Shown here: piece after piece, positions 11,568 through 23,355 of the stretch | Layout of the letters: every line of letters begins with the position of its first letter | Position numbering within the stretch: position 1 is the first letter of the stretch | Notes under the pieces: model-generated | Told to the model about the DNA's origin: nothing | The model's database searches: none | The model's input: only the letters and a program-made list of their open reading frames with translations | Program-made: the position numbers and the translations under genes | Assembly (NCBI GenBank): GCA_030390025.1 | Contig: CM059431.1 | Coordinates: forward strand, 104,038,001 to 104,102,000 | Direction: 5' to 3' | Length of the DNA: 64,000 bases | Source of the DNA: Squalus acanthias | Lineage: Eukaryota

Positions 11568-12695
11568 TGAAGGGATAATTACTAGTCCTAGCCCCTTTAG
11601 AACTACCCCGGATCAGGCGTATTCCTCAGACGTTCACTTTCAAATAAAGTTTGAGGTAGCCGAATCCTAAAGATGCTTAATTGGGCCTAAAGGTCCAGAC
11701 TATCACTCCCTAAAGGAAAGGAAAAACCTGAAAATGTTACCGTCCTCCAGATAGCACTTTTAATAAGTTTAGCTAGACTGTAACATTCCGGATATTATGA
11801 GGGTCCGGAAAACTCCCTCAGAATTCTGCAACTCCTCACCAAAGAGTATACAGAGATTGAGTTTGCGAGTTTGATACAGAAGTATTATGTGAGATAATTC
11901 TAAAAATATATAGATTTATTAAAGAACCGACATGTATTTTACAGTTGGTGAGTCAATCACAACATTAACAGTTCCAAAAAGAGAAAGTTTTCAATTCTAT
12001 TATCAGAGATCCTTATTCTCAAATCTTAACTTCGCTACAGTTTTACAGTTCTTAGTTTTTATTCAGGATATCCACCAAAATCAAATACAGTACCTTTTGA
12101 TCCCTGAGGTACAAAGAGTTGTAGACTTACAGAGCCGCCTCTGAAGCCTGAGAATCGCTTTGCCCCTTTACAGTGAATCTATTCTCCCATTTGGAAGTTC
12201 AATATTTATACCCTTTTTCAGTGGTATTTCCTTTGAAATTTTCTGCTGATGTAAGCTAATAATCTCTAGTCATTTTTCTGCTGACCCTTGCTATTCTTAC
12301 AGTCACCTCAGCTGGTAGCAATACAGACTCGTGTCGCTCCTCTAGGTGTTCGAAGCTTACCATAAAAAACGGTGTAACAGCAGGTGCATTTCATTTGATG
12401 TCATTTTTACTAAGGCCTTCTGTTTGTGCCTTTTTACAAAGTGCAAATTAGAACAGGGTGAACCATTATCTGCTCCCAAAGATTCAGACCGTCGGGAGCC
12501 TTCAGCCTTCCACTTCAATAAGGTCATTGATTCAGTGTCAACAACTATCTTATCTCAATAGCCTGTATGCTGTTACAGCTTTAGATTGTTGAGGCTTCCA
12601 GATTTCCAAACCCAGTTTGTCATGTTTTAATAAGGCCAGAATTCTTTCATAGAATGGTGTATTTTTCTCAATAGGTTGTATGGCTTATTCCTTCA
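11568..12695 (-). mobile_element. Probable solo LTR (1128 bp)
   Basis: TG...CA ends with inverted repeat TGAAGGGATAA/TTATTCCTTCA; flanks TACATA/CACATA; on the minus strand TATAAA (12205-12210) precedes AATAAA (11915-11920). Confidence 0.6.
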
Positions 12696-13064
12696 CACAT
12701 AAACCATCCCATAATCGGGTGACATTGTACCTATTGCATCCACACACCCTACACTCTCCATTCTCTTGCAGACTTTAAACTGGCCTCAAGTAAAGTTCCC
12801 TCTTTTTTTTCGTGCGCAGTCCCTTTAACTGGCCGCGCGGCCCATTCATATTTTTGTGCAAGCGCGGTTATTTCCATTGAAAAGCCAGTGAGTGGCCTGC
12901 GCGGGACCTCCAGACCGCATTCCCAGCATTTTCTGTTTTTGTTTCAGATTTCCAGCATCCGCAGCTTTTGCTTTTGTAGGTTACGACGATTGCTGGACTT
13001 TACCAATGATTGGAGGTCAAGCGTTATCCTCGAGAGTGGGAGTTCAAGCATGACTGGGCAATCG

Positions 13065-13473
13065 AGTTCAGAAGAATGAGAGGTGATCTCATTGAAACAT
13101 ATAAGATTCTGAGGGGGGATTGACAGGGTAGATGCTGAGAGGTTGTTTCCCCTGGCTGGAGAGTCTAGAAATAGGGGGCATAGTCTCAGGATAAGGGATC
13201 GGCCATTTAAGACCGAGATGCGGAGGAATTTCTTCACTCAGAGGGTTGTGAATCTTTGGAATTCTCTGCCTCAGAGGGCTGTGGATGCTGAGTCGTTGAT
13301 TATATTCAAGGCTGAGAAAGATAGTTGTTTGGACTCTGGGGGAATCGAGGAATCTGGGGATCAGGTGGGAAAGTGGAGTTGAGGTCGAAGATCAGCCATG
13401 ATCTTATTGATGGTGGAGCAGGCTCGAGGGGCCATGTGGCCGACTCCTGCTCCTATTTCTTATGTTCTTATGC
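13065..13473 (+). mobile_element. CR1 3' fragment
   Basis: FPLAGESRNRGHSL..FFTQRVVNLWNSLP, conserved 3' hairpin and CTTATG repeat tail. Confidence 0.88.
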
Positions 13474-14123
13474 TTTTAAAAGAGCAACAAGCCTGCCAGC
13501 TTATGAAACCAGCAAAATTCAATCGATATCAAAAGGGATTCAAAGAGAGATTACATTGCTCTTGAAGCCTGAGTATGGCCAAATGTTAAGTGAGTTCCAT
13601 TACTCCCAAGATGGTGACTTCCAGACTTCCATCATCATCTGAAACCAGGCAGTGTTGAAAGTATTCTTCTATTATTGATATTAATTAATAAAAATGGCAT
13701 ATAAAGAGAAAATAGAGCATATAAAGAGGAATGGACAAATGATGATCTCTTCCTTCTTACAAATAGCTTAATGCTGAAACAGCGTGCAGTCGTGCAGAGA
13801 GGCAGAGCACCATTATGAAACCACTTATTCTTCATTTTCATCTGGCTCTGAAGTTAGGAAAATGACCACTGATTCATCGAAGTCTGCATGTGATCATTCC
13901 ATCAATAATTTGAAACACACAATGGAAGCAGGGTTACAAGTATGCTGAGTGCTGGGAAAACAAATCAAACCCTTCAGCAACGCTGAGGCGGAAGGTAATA
14001 AAGGCGAAGGTTGGTGAGCATGTGGTGAAAGGGATTCGAGAAATCCCTATTGTCTGATTCAACAAGTAGATGCCACGTTAACATTTTGTCTGATAACTGG
14101 TTTCAGGAAGTGCTGTTCGATAA

Positions 14124-14456
14124 CCTCCCTATCTCTGTAATCTCCTCCAACTCTAAAACCCCCGAGATATCTGTGCTCTTCTAATTCTGGCCTCTTGCGC
14201 GTCCCCGATTTTAATCGCTCCACCATGGGTGGCCGTGCCTTCAGCTGCCTGGGCCCTAAGCTCTGGAATTCCCTCCCTAAACCTCTCCGCCTCGCTTTCC
14301 TCGTTGATCTCTTTGACCAAGCTTTTGCTCATCTGTCCTAATGTCTCCTTATGTGGTTTGGTGTCAAATTTGTTTGATAACGCTTCTGAGAAGCGCCTTG
14401 GGACGTTTTACTACATTAAAGGTGCTGTATAATTACAAGTTGTTGTTGTTGTTGTT
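14124..14456 (+). mobile_element. L2 3' fragment with (GTT)n tail
   Basis: Same family as the reverse complement of the 6322-10790 L2 3' end. Confidence 0.85.
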
Positions 14457-14459
14457 AAC

Positions 14460-14978
14460 TGTTAGATGATTGAAGCTAGACAGAGTGGAGCCAATCAGGA
14501 GGTGTACGATATCTTAGTCACTGCTAGATGGCCTTCAATGGCCTTAACTTTGTTAACGTACCAATTGCACGCTTTGGCAATTGATGAGAGGGAAGTCAAA
14601 CCTAATTCCAGGCAAGCAAGGACAGAGTAGTTTGTGTAAGAGAATGGCTGGTTGAAACTCGACAGAGTGGAGCCAATGTGTTTCGCTGATGCGAGAATAT
14701 TCATGTCCGTCAGAGCCATAAGAGAAAGTGTATAAATGAAAGAGCCTAAACAGAACAAAACACAGCAGATTTGAACAAGACCCACCACACTGCTGTCCAG
14801 GGACTTGACCGGCTAACAGCGACCTTGAATCTGTTAATTGTTGCTTGAATACTGTGTGTATGCTTGATTCTGCTAAAGTTACAATAAAGCCTTGTTATAC
14901 CCAATTGGGATTGCCAAGCCGAATATAGACTGGGTAGCCTAGGGCCGAGGGTCCCTGACAGGAGGGAACCCTGTAACA
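14460..14978 (+). mobile_element. Probable solo LTR (519 bp, Gypsy/ERV-like)
   Basis: TGTTA...TAACA ends, duplicated GACAGAGTGGAGCCAAT (CCAAT) boxes, TATAAA at 14731, AATAAA at ~14884; no clear TSD. Confidence 0.6.
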
Positions 14979-16007
14979 GCGTTGATGGAACTAAAAGGTG
15001 CACAGTGCCTTTGCGATGGATGAATCAGGTGGCATTGAACAGTTGCAAATTTTCCATTTTTTCAGTGGTAAAGTATTTGTTGCAGCGCAACTAACAATGT
15101 TGCCGTCGAAAGATTACACGCGAAGATTTGTGTGCATTTTCACCAGTTATTACAGTTCCCCCAGGGGCAAGAGAAGCTGGTGTCCATTATTGTTGGCGGA
15201 GCTACTGCACTGATGGAATGAGGAGGGTCTAAATTCAACACTTAGAGAATCTCTGCGCTCTGCATCAAATCTCTGCTACGTTGGAAGCTCAAGGTTAAGT
15301 TTCCAGACCCCATGGAATGTTTTGGTCAACTTCATTGCTGCAACTCGGCTCTGCAGGAACAGCAATTAAAGACATTTGGAAGTGAAAGTGTCAGCTGAGA
15401 TCGACAATCTTTTGCTTCACTGTCAAGCTGGATGGCCATCAAAGGGCATCCGAAGAGCCGATTGTTGACAATGAGGATAGAAATCGTGGAATTTCTAAAC
15501 AGCCCCCACAGCCGGAAGGCAAGAACATTTACAGATTTCATTGAAGACGAAGACAGAATGCTGATTTTTACTTTATCAGACATCTCTGAATACTTCAATG
15601 AAATCAACAAGGGGCTCCAGGGAAGGAACTTAGGCTGAGGGTCAATATACAAATTTTGGAAAGTAAGCAGTTGCTACAGATTAATGTAACGTCGAGAGCA
15701 CTGCACCACTTCTCAAGATTTGCTGACCAGATATGGTGATGCAAAACTCTAACTTTGAGTTTCTTTTGGCTTCCTGTTTAGTCTGCGTGGACAACCTCAC
15801 TCGCGTTAGGATGATTTATCACCAGTCAGTGAGCTTGCACTGTTGGTCCTGGAACCATTTGCATTACGACCCAATGCCAACTGCAAACAGCAGGCAAATG
15901 CAATCTTTTGTCTGACCGAGAAAAACTTAAACTTGTTGCCCTAAAGACAATAATGTTTTTGAAGCACATGCTAATTGCCATCTGAATGAAATGGAAGAGC
16001 ACCCAGA

Positions 16008-16412
16008 GACCTGAGCACAAACAACAAATCTAGGCTGATATGCTCGTGCAGTGCTGAGGGAGTGCTGCACTGTCGGAGGTGCCGTCTTTCAGATGAGATG
16101 TTAAACCGAGGCCCCGTCTGCTCTCTCAGGTGGATGTAAAAGATCCCACGGCCACTATTTCGAAGAAGAGCAGGGGAGTTCACCCCTGGTGCCCTGGTCA
16201 ATATTTATCCCTCAACCAACATAACAAAAACAGATAATCTGGTCATTATCACATTGCTGTTTGTGGGAGCTTGCTGTGTACAAATTGGCTGCCGCGTTTC
16301 CTACATTACAACAGTGACTGCACTACAACAAGTACTTCATTGGCTGTAAAGCATTTTGGGATGACCGGTGGTCGTGAAAGGCGCTACATAAATGCAAGTC
16401 TTTCTTTCTTTC
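16008..16412 (+). mobile_element. Deu-SINE
   Basis: Deu core and AAAGGCGCTACATAAATGCAAGT(CTTT)n tail. Confidence 0.88.
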
Positions 16413-16420
16413 TGTAACAT

Positions 16421-16881
16421 GAAAGAAAGACTTGCATTTCTACAGCGCCTTTCACGATCTCAGGACGTCCCAAAGCGCTTTACAGCCAATGAAGTACTTG
16501 CTGAAGTGTAGTCACTGTTGTAATGTAGGAAACGCGGCAGCCAATTTGTACACAGCAAGCTCCCACAAACAGCAATGTGATAATGACCAGATCGTCTGTT
16601 TTAGTGATGTTGACGGTGAAGGATAAATATTGGCCCAGGACACCGGGGAGAACTCCCACTGCTCTGCTTCGAAATAGTGGCCGTGGGATCTTTTACATCC
16701 ACCTGGGAGAGCAGATGGTTTAACATCTCATCTGGAGGAGGGCACCTCCGACAGTGCGGCACTCCCTCAGCACTGCACTGGAGTGTCGGTCTAGATTACA
16801 GTGCTGAAGTTTTTTGGAGCAGGACTTGAACCCACAACCTTCATGACTCAGAGGTGAGAGTGCAACCCACTGAGCCACAGA
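16421..16881 (-). mobile_element. Deu-SINE, full length
   Basis: Minus strand A-box GTGGCTCAGTGG, B-box GGTTCAAGTCC, Deu core and tail. Confidence 0.88.
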
Positions 16882-17046
16882 AGGCACACACTGGAGCTTT
16901 CTGTGGAAGAGAGTGATGAAATATGGCGATGTGCAAGCTGGAGCTGGAGCCAGAAGACACAATGAAGCAACAGCAGGAGCTTGGTGCAATGGGTCCAGAT
17001 GGCTATTTGTGGTTCTATCAAACCCTGATAAATCCAATTCAAATTT

Positions 17047-17910
17047 ACAACAACCACAACTTGCAGTTCATATAGTGCCTTTAACATAGTAAAACATCCC
17101 AAGGTTCTTCACAGGAAGGTAAATCAGACGAAATTTTACATCGAGCCACATAAGGAGATATTAGGACAGCGTGGTCAAAGAAGTAGGTTTTAAGGAGCGC
17201 CTTAAAGGATGGGGAGAGAGGCGGAGAGGCAGAGAGGTTTAGGGGGTGAATTCCAGAGCTCGGGGCCCAGGCAGCTGAAGGCGCGGCCACCAATGGTGGA
17301 GCGATTAAAATCGGGGATGCACAAGAGGCCAGAATTGGAGGAGGATCACATGGTTTCGGGTGGGGTGGTGTGTATATGTTGTGATACAAAAGGTATCGCA
17401 ATTGTGTGGGACAGGCTGGATGGACCAACAACAACAACAACTTGTATTTATAGAGCACCTTTAACGTAGTAAAACATCCCAAGGCGCTGCACAGGAGTAT
17501 TTTAAGACAATAAATTTGACACCGATCCACATAAGGATAAATTAGGGCAGGTGACCAAAACCTTGGTCAAAGAGGTAGGTTTTAAGGAGCGTCTTAAAGG
17601 AGGAAAGAGAGGTAGAGAGACGGAGAGGTTTAGGCAGGGAATTCCAGAGCTTAGGGCCCAGGCAACAGAAGGGACGGCCGCCAATGGTTGAGCGATTACA
17701 ATCAGGGATCCTCAAGAGGGCAGAATTAGAGGAGCGCAGATATCTCGGGGGGGTTGTGGGGCTGAAGGAGATTACAGAGATAGGGAGGGGGCGAGGCCAT
17801 GGAGGGATTTGAAAACAAGGATGAGAATTTTGAAATCGAGGCGCTGCTTAACCGGGAGCCAATGTAAGTCAGCGAGCACAGGGGTGATGGGTGGACGAGA
17901 CTTGGTGCGA
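17047..17910 (-). mobile_element. Two tandem L2 3' fragments (17047-17362 and 17428-17910)
   Basis: Each begins with an (AAC)n tail and matches the 6322-10790 L2 3' end. Confidence 0.85.
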
Positions 17911-18634
17911 TGGTCTTTACCTGTCCGTCATTGTTCGTATGTCGGTATGTTCGTATGAGTTCAGAACTCAATTTTGTTTAATAACCTTGAGCCTTCCTCT
18001 CTGATTTCTTTTCTTTTTTAGTAATTCTGATCTCCAGAATATCAAGCACCGGCACTGTACTGTCAACCAAAGGCGCTGTTTATAAGCCAGAAGCACTTTT
18101 AGAGACCGGGGGCATTGCTGAATCTATCACTGAGGGTAACTCATTTCCAGTTGACATTTTCCATTTTATTACTTTGTTACTCTGCATTGTTTAATGTTTT
18201 TCTTTGTCTTTTGTTATGATAAAGATTTGAATAGTTTATTTCAAACTTGATCTTTCCAAGGTAATTTAAGTTCTGAAATATCACATTTGCAGAAATAATA
18301 ATTCAAAATGTTATTGGTTTTATTTTTATATATAAAAGGAAAATTGATGGATTTTCTTTCTGCTGTGAGCTTTAAAACTTGCACTGTCAGCAGGTTAATG
18401 GAAAATCATGTCTCCAGTACGTCTAGTTGGTTTTGTTTTGCATTAGATTAGTAAAATAAAATGCTTGTTAAAACTTTGTTGATGACCAGAAAAGCTTCAT
18501 AGCAACACAACATTGCCACGCGTGAAGATGATTATTCAGCAACACAGAATGAGCGTATTGGCCATTGTTGGTTGTTTCAAAGTAGATTGGGAGCTGGAAG
18601 TGAAGGCAGCCTGGCAACAAAGCTGTCCAGAACT

Positions 18635-19190
18635 CTGGTCAGACCCCATCTGGAGTAACTGCGTTCAATTCTGCTTACTGCACCTCAGGAAGGATATCTT
18701 GGTGCAGCGCAGATTCACCAGAATGATACCGGGGCTAAAAGGGTTAAATTATGAGGACAGGTTGCATAGACTAGGCTTGTATTCCCTTGAGTATAGGAGA
18801 TTACGGGTGATCTAATCAAGGTATTTAAGGTGATCAAAGGTCTTGATAGGGTAGATAGAGAGAAACTATTTCCTCTGGTGGGAGAGTCCAGAACAAGGGG
18901 GGCATAACCTTAAAATTAGAGCCAGGCCCCTCAGGGGTGATGTAAGGAAGTACTTCTTCACACAAAGGGGAGTGGAAATCGGGAACTCTCTCTCCCCCAA
19001 AAAGCTGTTGAGGCTGGGGGTCAATTGAAAATTTCAAACCGGAGATTGAGAGATTTTTGTTAGGCAAGGGTATTAAGGGTTACGGAAACAAGGCGGGTAG
19101 ATGGATTTGAGATACAGAGCAACCGTGATCTAATGGAACGGTGGAACAGGCTCGAGGGGCTGAACGGCCTCCTCCTGTTCCTATGTTCCT
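18635..19190 (+). mobile_element. CR1 3' fragment
   Basis: VQRRFTRMIPG..LGLYSLEYRRLR; CCTATGTT tail. Confidence 0.85.
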
Positions 19191-19279
19191 TATATATACA
19201 TAGAATGTACAACACAGAAACAGGCCATTCGGCCCAACAGCCAGTATTTATGCTCCTCATGAGCCTATAGGGGGCATAT

Positions 19280-20024
19280 GAAGAACAAACTACCCATGGA
19301 GGGGATCGGCTGATTCAGAGGCTGTATACCTGGTCATGATGGAATACCACTGTATATTGAAATCTATTCTCTGAGGGGAGGTTGTGACTGAGGTGCGTTG
19401 CCTGGTCCGTGAAGACCTGCAGGTATAGTCAACCAAATGCACTCCACTACCGCTCGCATTGAAAGGTCACAGCTGCTGTCATATTCCATAGACTCCTACC
19501 AGGCAAGTGTCACAGGAGTTCATCTGGTAGGCTCTCTATTGGTGCATTAAGCAGGTAACTCCAGCCCTGTTTCACTATGCACTCACCTATATACACTTGG
19601 AGGCCACCATAACCATTAGTGACTTCCGTGAGTCGCGGGGCTCCATTGACTGTACGCATGTAACCCATGGTTATAAGACATGAGAACTACTGCTGGCGTG
19701 AAAATCAAGCAGCAGCTCATGTGCTTCTGCACACATGCCACTGCTGGGGAGCATGTCCTCTCGAGGGCCCTTGAATATCTCTGTGGATCAGTGCCGATCT
19801 GCGAGTTCGCTGAATCTCACCCTCGTGATTGTTTCTAAGCATTCTCTCAGCGAGCTGAAAGTGACAATGACCGTGAAATTCCTCGGAGCTGAACCCGCTC
19901 TGTCACAGTAACTTCGCCAGAAGTGCTGGAGAATTCCATTTATGCGCGTGAACAGGATTTCCGTTGCACTTTCGGTCAAGTTATGGTAGCAGAGTGGGAG
20001 CAGCTCTGAGGAAATTCCTGGCCT
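19280..20024 (+). pseudogene. Decayed PIF/Harbinger transposase remnant and TIR-like end
   Basis: EDLQ..PLPLALK-VTAA and GSIDCTHV (first catalytic Asp motif, ~19639-19662); TIR-like GAAATTCCTGGCC at ~20011-20023. Confidence 0.65.
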
Positions 20025-20384
20025 TTGACTGTTCGAGCAAACTATTCATAATTGCCATGGGGGTTACATATTTGGATTTTCACTCGAGATATTTTCCTCC
20101 ATTTCCGCATCAGAGAACACTTCCATAAGCAAAACCATAATCCTTGCGATCCCAGACTGTGCCTTTACTTGCTCGATATCTAAGTAAATGTAACGAGCCC
20201 GGGGTTGAACAGAGAACCATCCTCAGTGCATTCTGATTTTCTGGATGCACTACAGACCCTTTGCATGACTGTTTAGACTTGAGTTTAAAATTAATAAATA
20301 AACACTTTCAGATTATGGATCAGAGTATGAGCTAAAATTAGACTTGTTGAACAGTTGATCAATGAACAACAAATACAAGGTGTG

Positions 20385-20790
20385 AGCCATGGCTCAGTGG
20401 GTAGCACACTCACTCTCTAGAGTCAGAAGGTTGTGGGTTCAAGTCCCACTCCAGGCACATGAGCGCAAAATTCAGGCTGACACTCCATTGCAATAATGCA
20501 GGACTGCTGCACTGTCTTGCAGATGAAATGTTAAATCAAGGACCCCTCTTAAGTGGAAATAAAAGATCCCACAGCACTTGTTGAAGAAGAGCTGGAGTGT
20601 TCTCCCCAGTGTCCTGACCAATATTTATCCCTCAATCAGTCCATCTAGTCATTATCACATTGTTGTTTGTGGGATCTTGCTGTGTGCAAATTGGCTGCCG
20701 CGTTTCCTATGTTACAACAGTGACTAAACTTCATTGGCTGTCAAGCGCTTTGGGACACCCTTAGGTCATGAAAGGTTCTATATTTCCTTC
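20385..20790 (+). mobile_element. Deu-SINE
   Basis: A-box TGGCTCAGTGG, B-box GGTTCAAGTCC, Deu core. Confidence 0.85.
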
Positions 20791-21300
20791 TTGTTTACAT
20801 ACAGCAGATTTACCATAATTACAGACTTGGTGTATTGAGAAAAACAAAGTCACTTTTCCTGTACTAATCCTCAATATAAAACTAAATCTCAACACACATT
20901 TCATGACCAGTCTTGTGTGACTGTTTGCTATCACGGAGCCGTTGGGCTTGACCCTATCTCAGCTGACTTCAGATTGATGACTGACCGGGAGGGCGTCAGC
21001 TCCAGGTGTATCATTCAAAATGCAGATGGTCTACCAACTCATCCAGCACACACCCAACGGTGATTCCAGCTGCAGGGATGGAACATTTTAGAAGACTGTC
21101 TAAGGTGTTTTATTTTGACTTTGTTTAGACTAAGTGGGCCTTCCAGCTACACAGTTGTATGCTCCAGCCAGCAAGCATTCCTCTTCAGCAATCCCAGCAA
21201 TAGGTTCTGCAAAGCTAATCTCTGTGGACTTTGATTTTCCAAATGCTGTTATTTCTTTATTTGATGAATGATAATGAACATTTTAAAGTTATTTTAATTA

Positions 21301-21815
21301 CATAGAATGCACAGCACAGAAACAGGCCATTCAGCCCAACTGGTCTATGCTCCTACAACCCTATTTATCTCACCCTAGCAGCATAACCTTCTATTCCTTT
21401 CTCACTCATGTGCTTATCTAGCTTACCCCTAAATGCATCTGTACGATTTGCCTCAACCACTCCCTGTGGTAGCGAGTTCCACATTCTCACCACTCTCTGG
21501 GTAAAGAAGTTTCTTCTGAATTCCCGATTGGATTTATTAGTGACTATCTTATTTTTATGGCCCCTAGTTTTGGACTGCCCCACAAGTGGAAACATCTTCT
21601 CTATGTCTACCCTATCGAAACCCCTTCATAATTTTAAAGACCTCTATCAGGTCACCCCTCAGCCTTCTCTTTTCTAGAGAAAAGAGCCCCAGCCTGTTCA
21701 ATCTTCCCTGATAGGTATAACCTCTCAGTTCTGGTATCATCTTTGTAAATCTTTTTTGCACCTTCTCCAGTGCCTCGATATCCTTTTTATAATATGGAGA
21801 CTAGAACTGTGCACA
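21301..21815 (-). mobile_element. CR1 3' fragment
   Basis: MFPLVGQSKTRGH..FFTQRVVRMWNSLP. Confidence 0.87.
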
Positions 21816-22444
21816 TTGTGAGGAAACTTACTTTGTGCCGAGATCTTATGAAAAGAATTATTTGGAGACTGCAGCAATGCACTTGTATCCTAATTAAACT
21901 CCAGTATCACCCACCCACTAATATATGATAATACTTAATATGAGCCACTTAATGCACAGTCGTGTGACAAAGCATATGTATATTAATAACCACAGATTAT
22001 GCTCTGAGATCAAAATAATTCTGCATTTCATAGTCACAATAACTGAATGAGCTATGAGGAGGGGAGATCATAAACACATACCAGCCACCATCTGAGAAAA
22101 TCAACACTCCAAGGAGACAAAAACCTGCCAAATAGCATTCCACTAAAATCTTCACAGCACCACCTTGAAGAGAAGCCCGAGACAATTATGGCATTCACGT
22201 ATCAATCGATTAGGGGCATCCAACCAACAACTGTCTGAGGTTGTCCCCTCAAATTCAGCCCTCACCCCCCCACCCCACAACAACATCTTAGGATAACATG
22301 TACAAAGAACCCCAGTGACTGAGAAGAAAGATAAAGTACCAGTCAATTTCTAGGCTGCCAGACTAGAAAATGCAAGGATGAATGAGATAGCTGGCCAAAC
22401 AGGCTAGTGGTCTTGTTAGCTTCCTGGGTCGATTATTACAAGAA

Positions 22445-22765
22445 AGATAAAGGAAAGACTTTCATTTATTTCGCGCCTTTCACGGCCTCAGGACATTCCA
22501 ATGCGCTTTACAGCCAATGAAGTACTTTTTGAAGTGTAGTCACTGTTGTAATGTAGGAAACGCAGCAGCCGATTTGCGCAGAGCAAGCTCCCACAAACAG
22601 CAATGTGATAAAGACCGGATTAGCTGTTTTAGTGATGTTGGTTGAGGAATAAATATTGGCCAGGACACCAGGGAGAACTCCCCTGCTCTTCTTCGAAATA
22701 GCACCGTGGGATCTTTAACTTCCACCTGAGAGGGCAGATGGTTTAACGGTTTAACGTTTCATCTA
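22445..22765 (-). mobile_element. Deu-SINE, 5'-truncated
   Basis: Colinear with 793-1110. Confidence 0.85.
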
Positions 22766-23355
22766 TTGTTAGTCCACCATTAGCCATGTTTCTTCACTAA
22801 GCGAAGGAGTATTATCAGCCCAGCTTTTCCTTTACTTGATGGGAATGTTTAAGCAGCCACATGCATTGCTGTAGCCTATGAGCTGCTACACTTGAAGGCT
22901 TACTGCATGGAGAAGGAGCCAAGCAGTGAAGCCTCCGTCAGAAACATGACTCCTAACTGCGAAAATGCATGCGGCAGCAATGAATGAAAGAGCTTGCATT
23001 TGTAAAGCATCTCTCATGTTCTCAGGACATCCCAAAGTACTTTTGAAGTGTAGTCACTTTCTGATGAGGGCTATCATGAATTCAACTATCTCCCTTCAAG
23101 ATCACATAATACTGATTGAAAGTGCGTAATTGCTGATCTGTTTTGTTACAAATAGTTGATCCAGTTAATGATATTGTCCCATTTCTTCCTAAAAATTATT
23201 GGCCCAGATTTTGCGAGGCAACTCGTGGCGTGCGCCATTAGTTAGATTTTTCCCTCGCTCTTACATAGAAACATAGAAGATAGGAGCAGGAGTAGGCCAT
23301 TCGGCCCCTCGAGCCTGTTCCGCCATTTAATGAGATCATGGCTGATCATCCAAAT

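Larger units (their letters stand above)
13920..15985 (+). pseudogene. Decayed hAT (Charlie/SPIN/ZBED8-like) transposase split by L2 and an LTR
   Basis: Ordered motifs: EAGLQVC*VLGKQIKPFSNAE, IP-LSDST, FAMDES..IEQLQIF, KLVSIIVGGATALM, LLHCQAGWPSKG, RIEIVEFL, LSDISEYFNEINKGLQGRN. Confidence 0.75.

Noticed and set aside
16835..16881. tRNA gene (likewise 20388, 27847, 38461, 48533)
   Set aside because: A/B boxes are SINE heads continuing into SINE cores; no complete cloverleaf
20110..20180. Minus-strand terminal exon YRASKGTVWDRKDYGFAYGSVL*
   Set aside because: Short, unrecognised, no linked upstream exon
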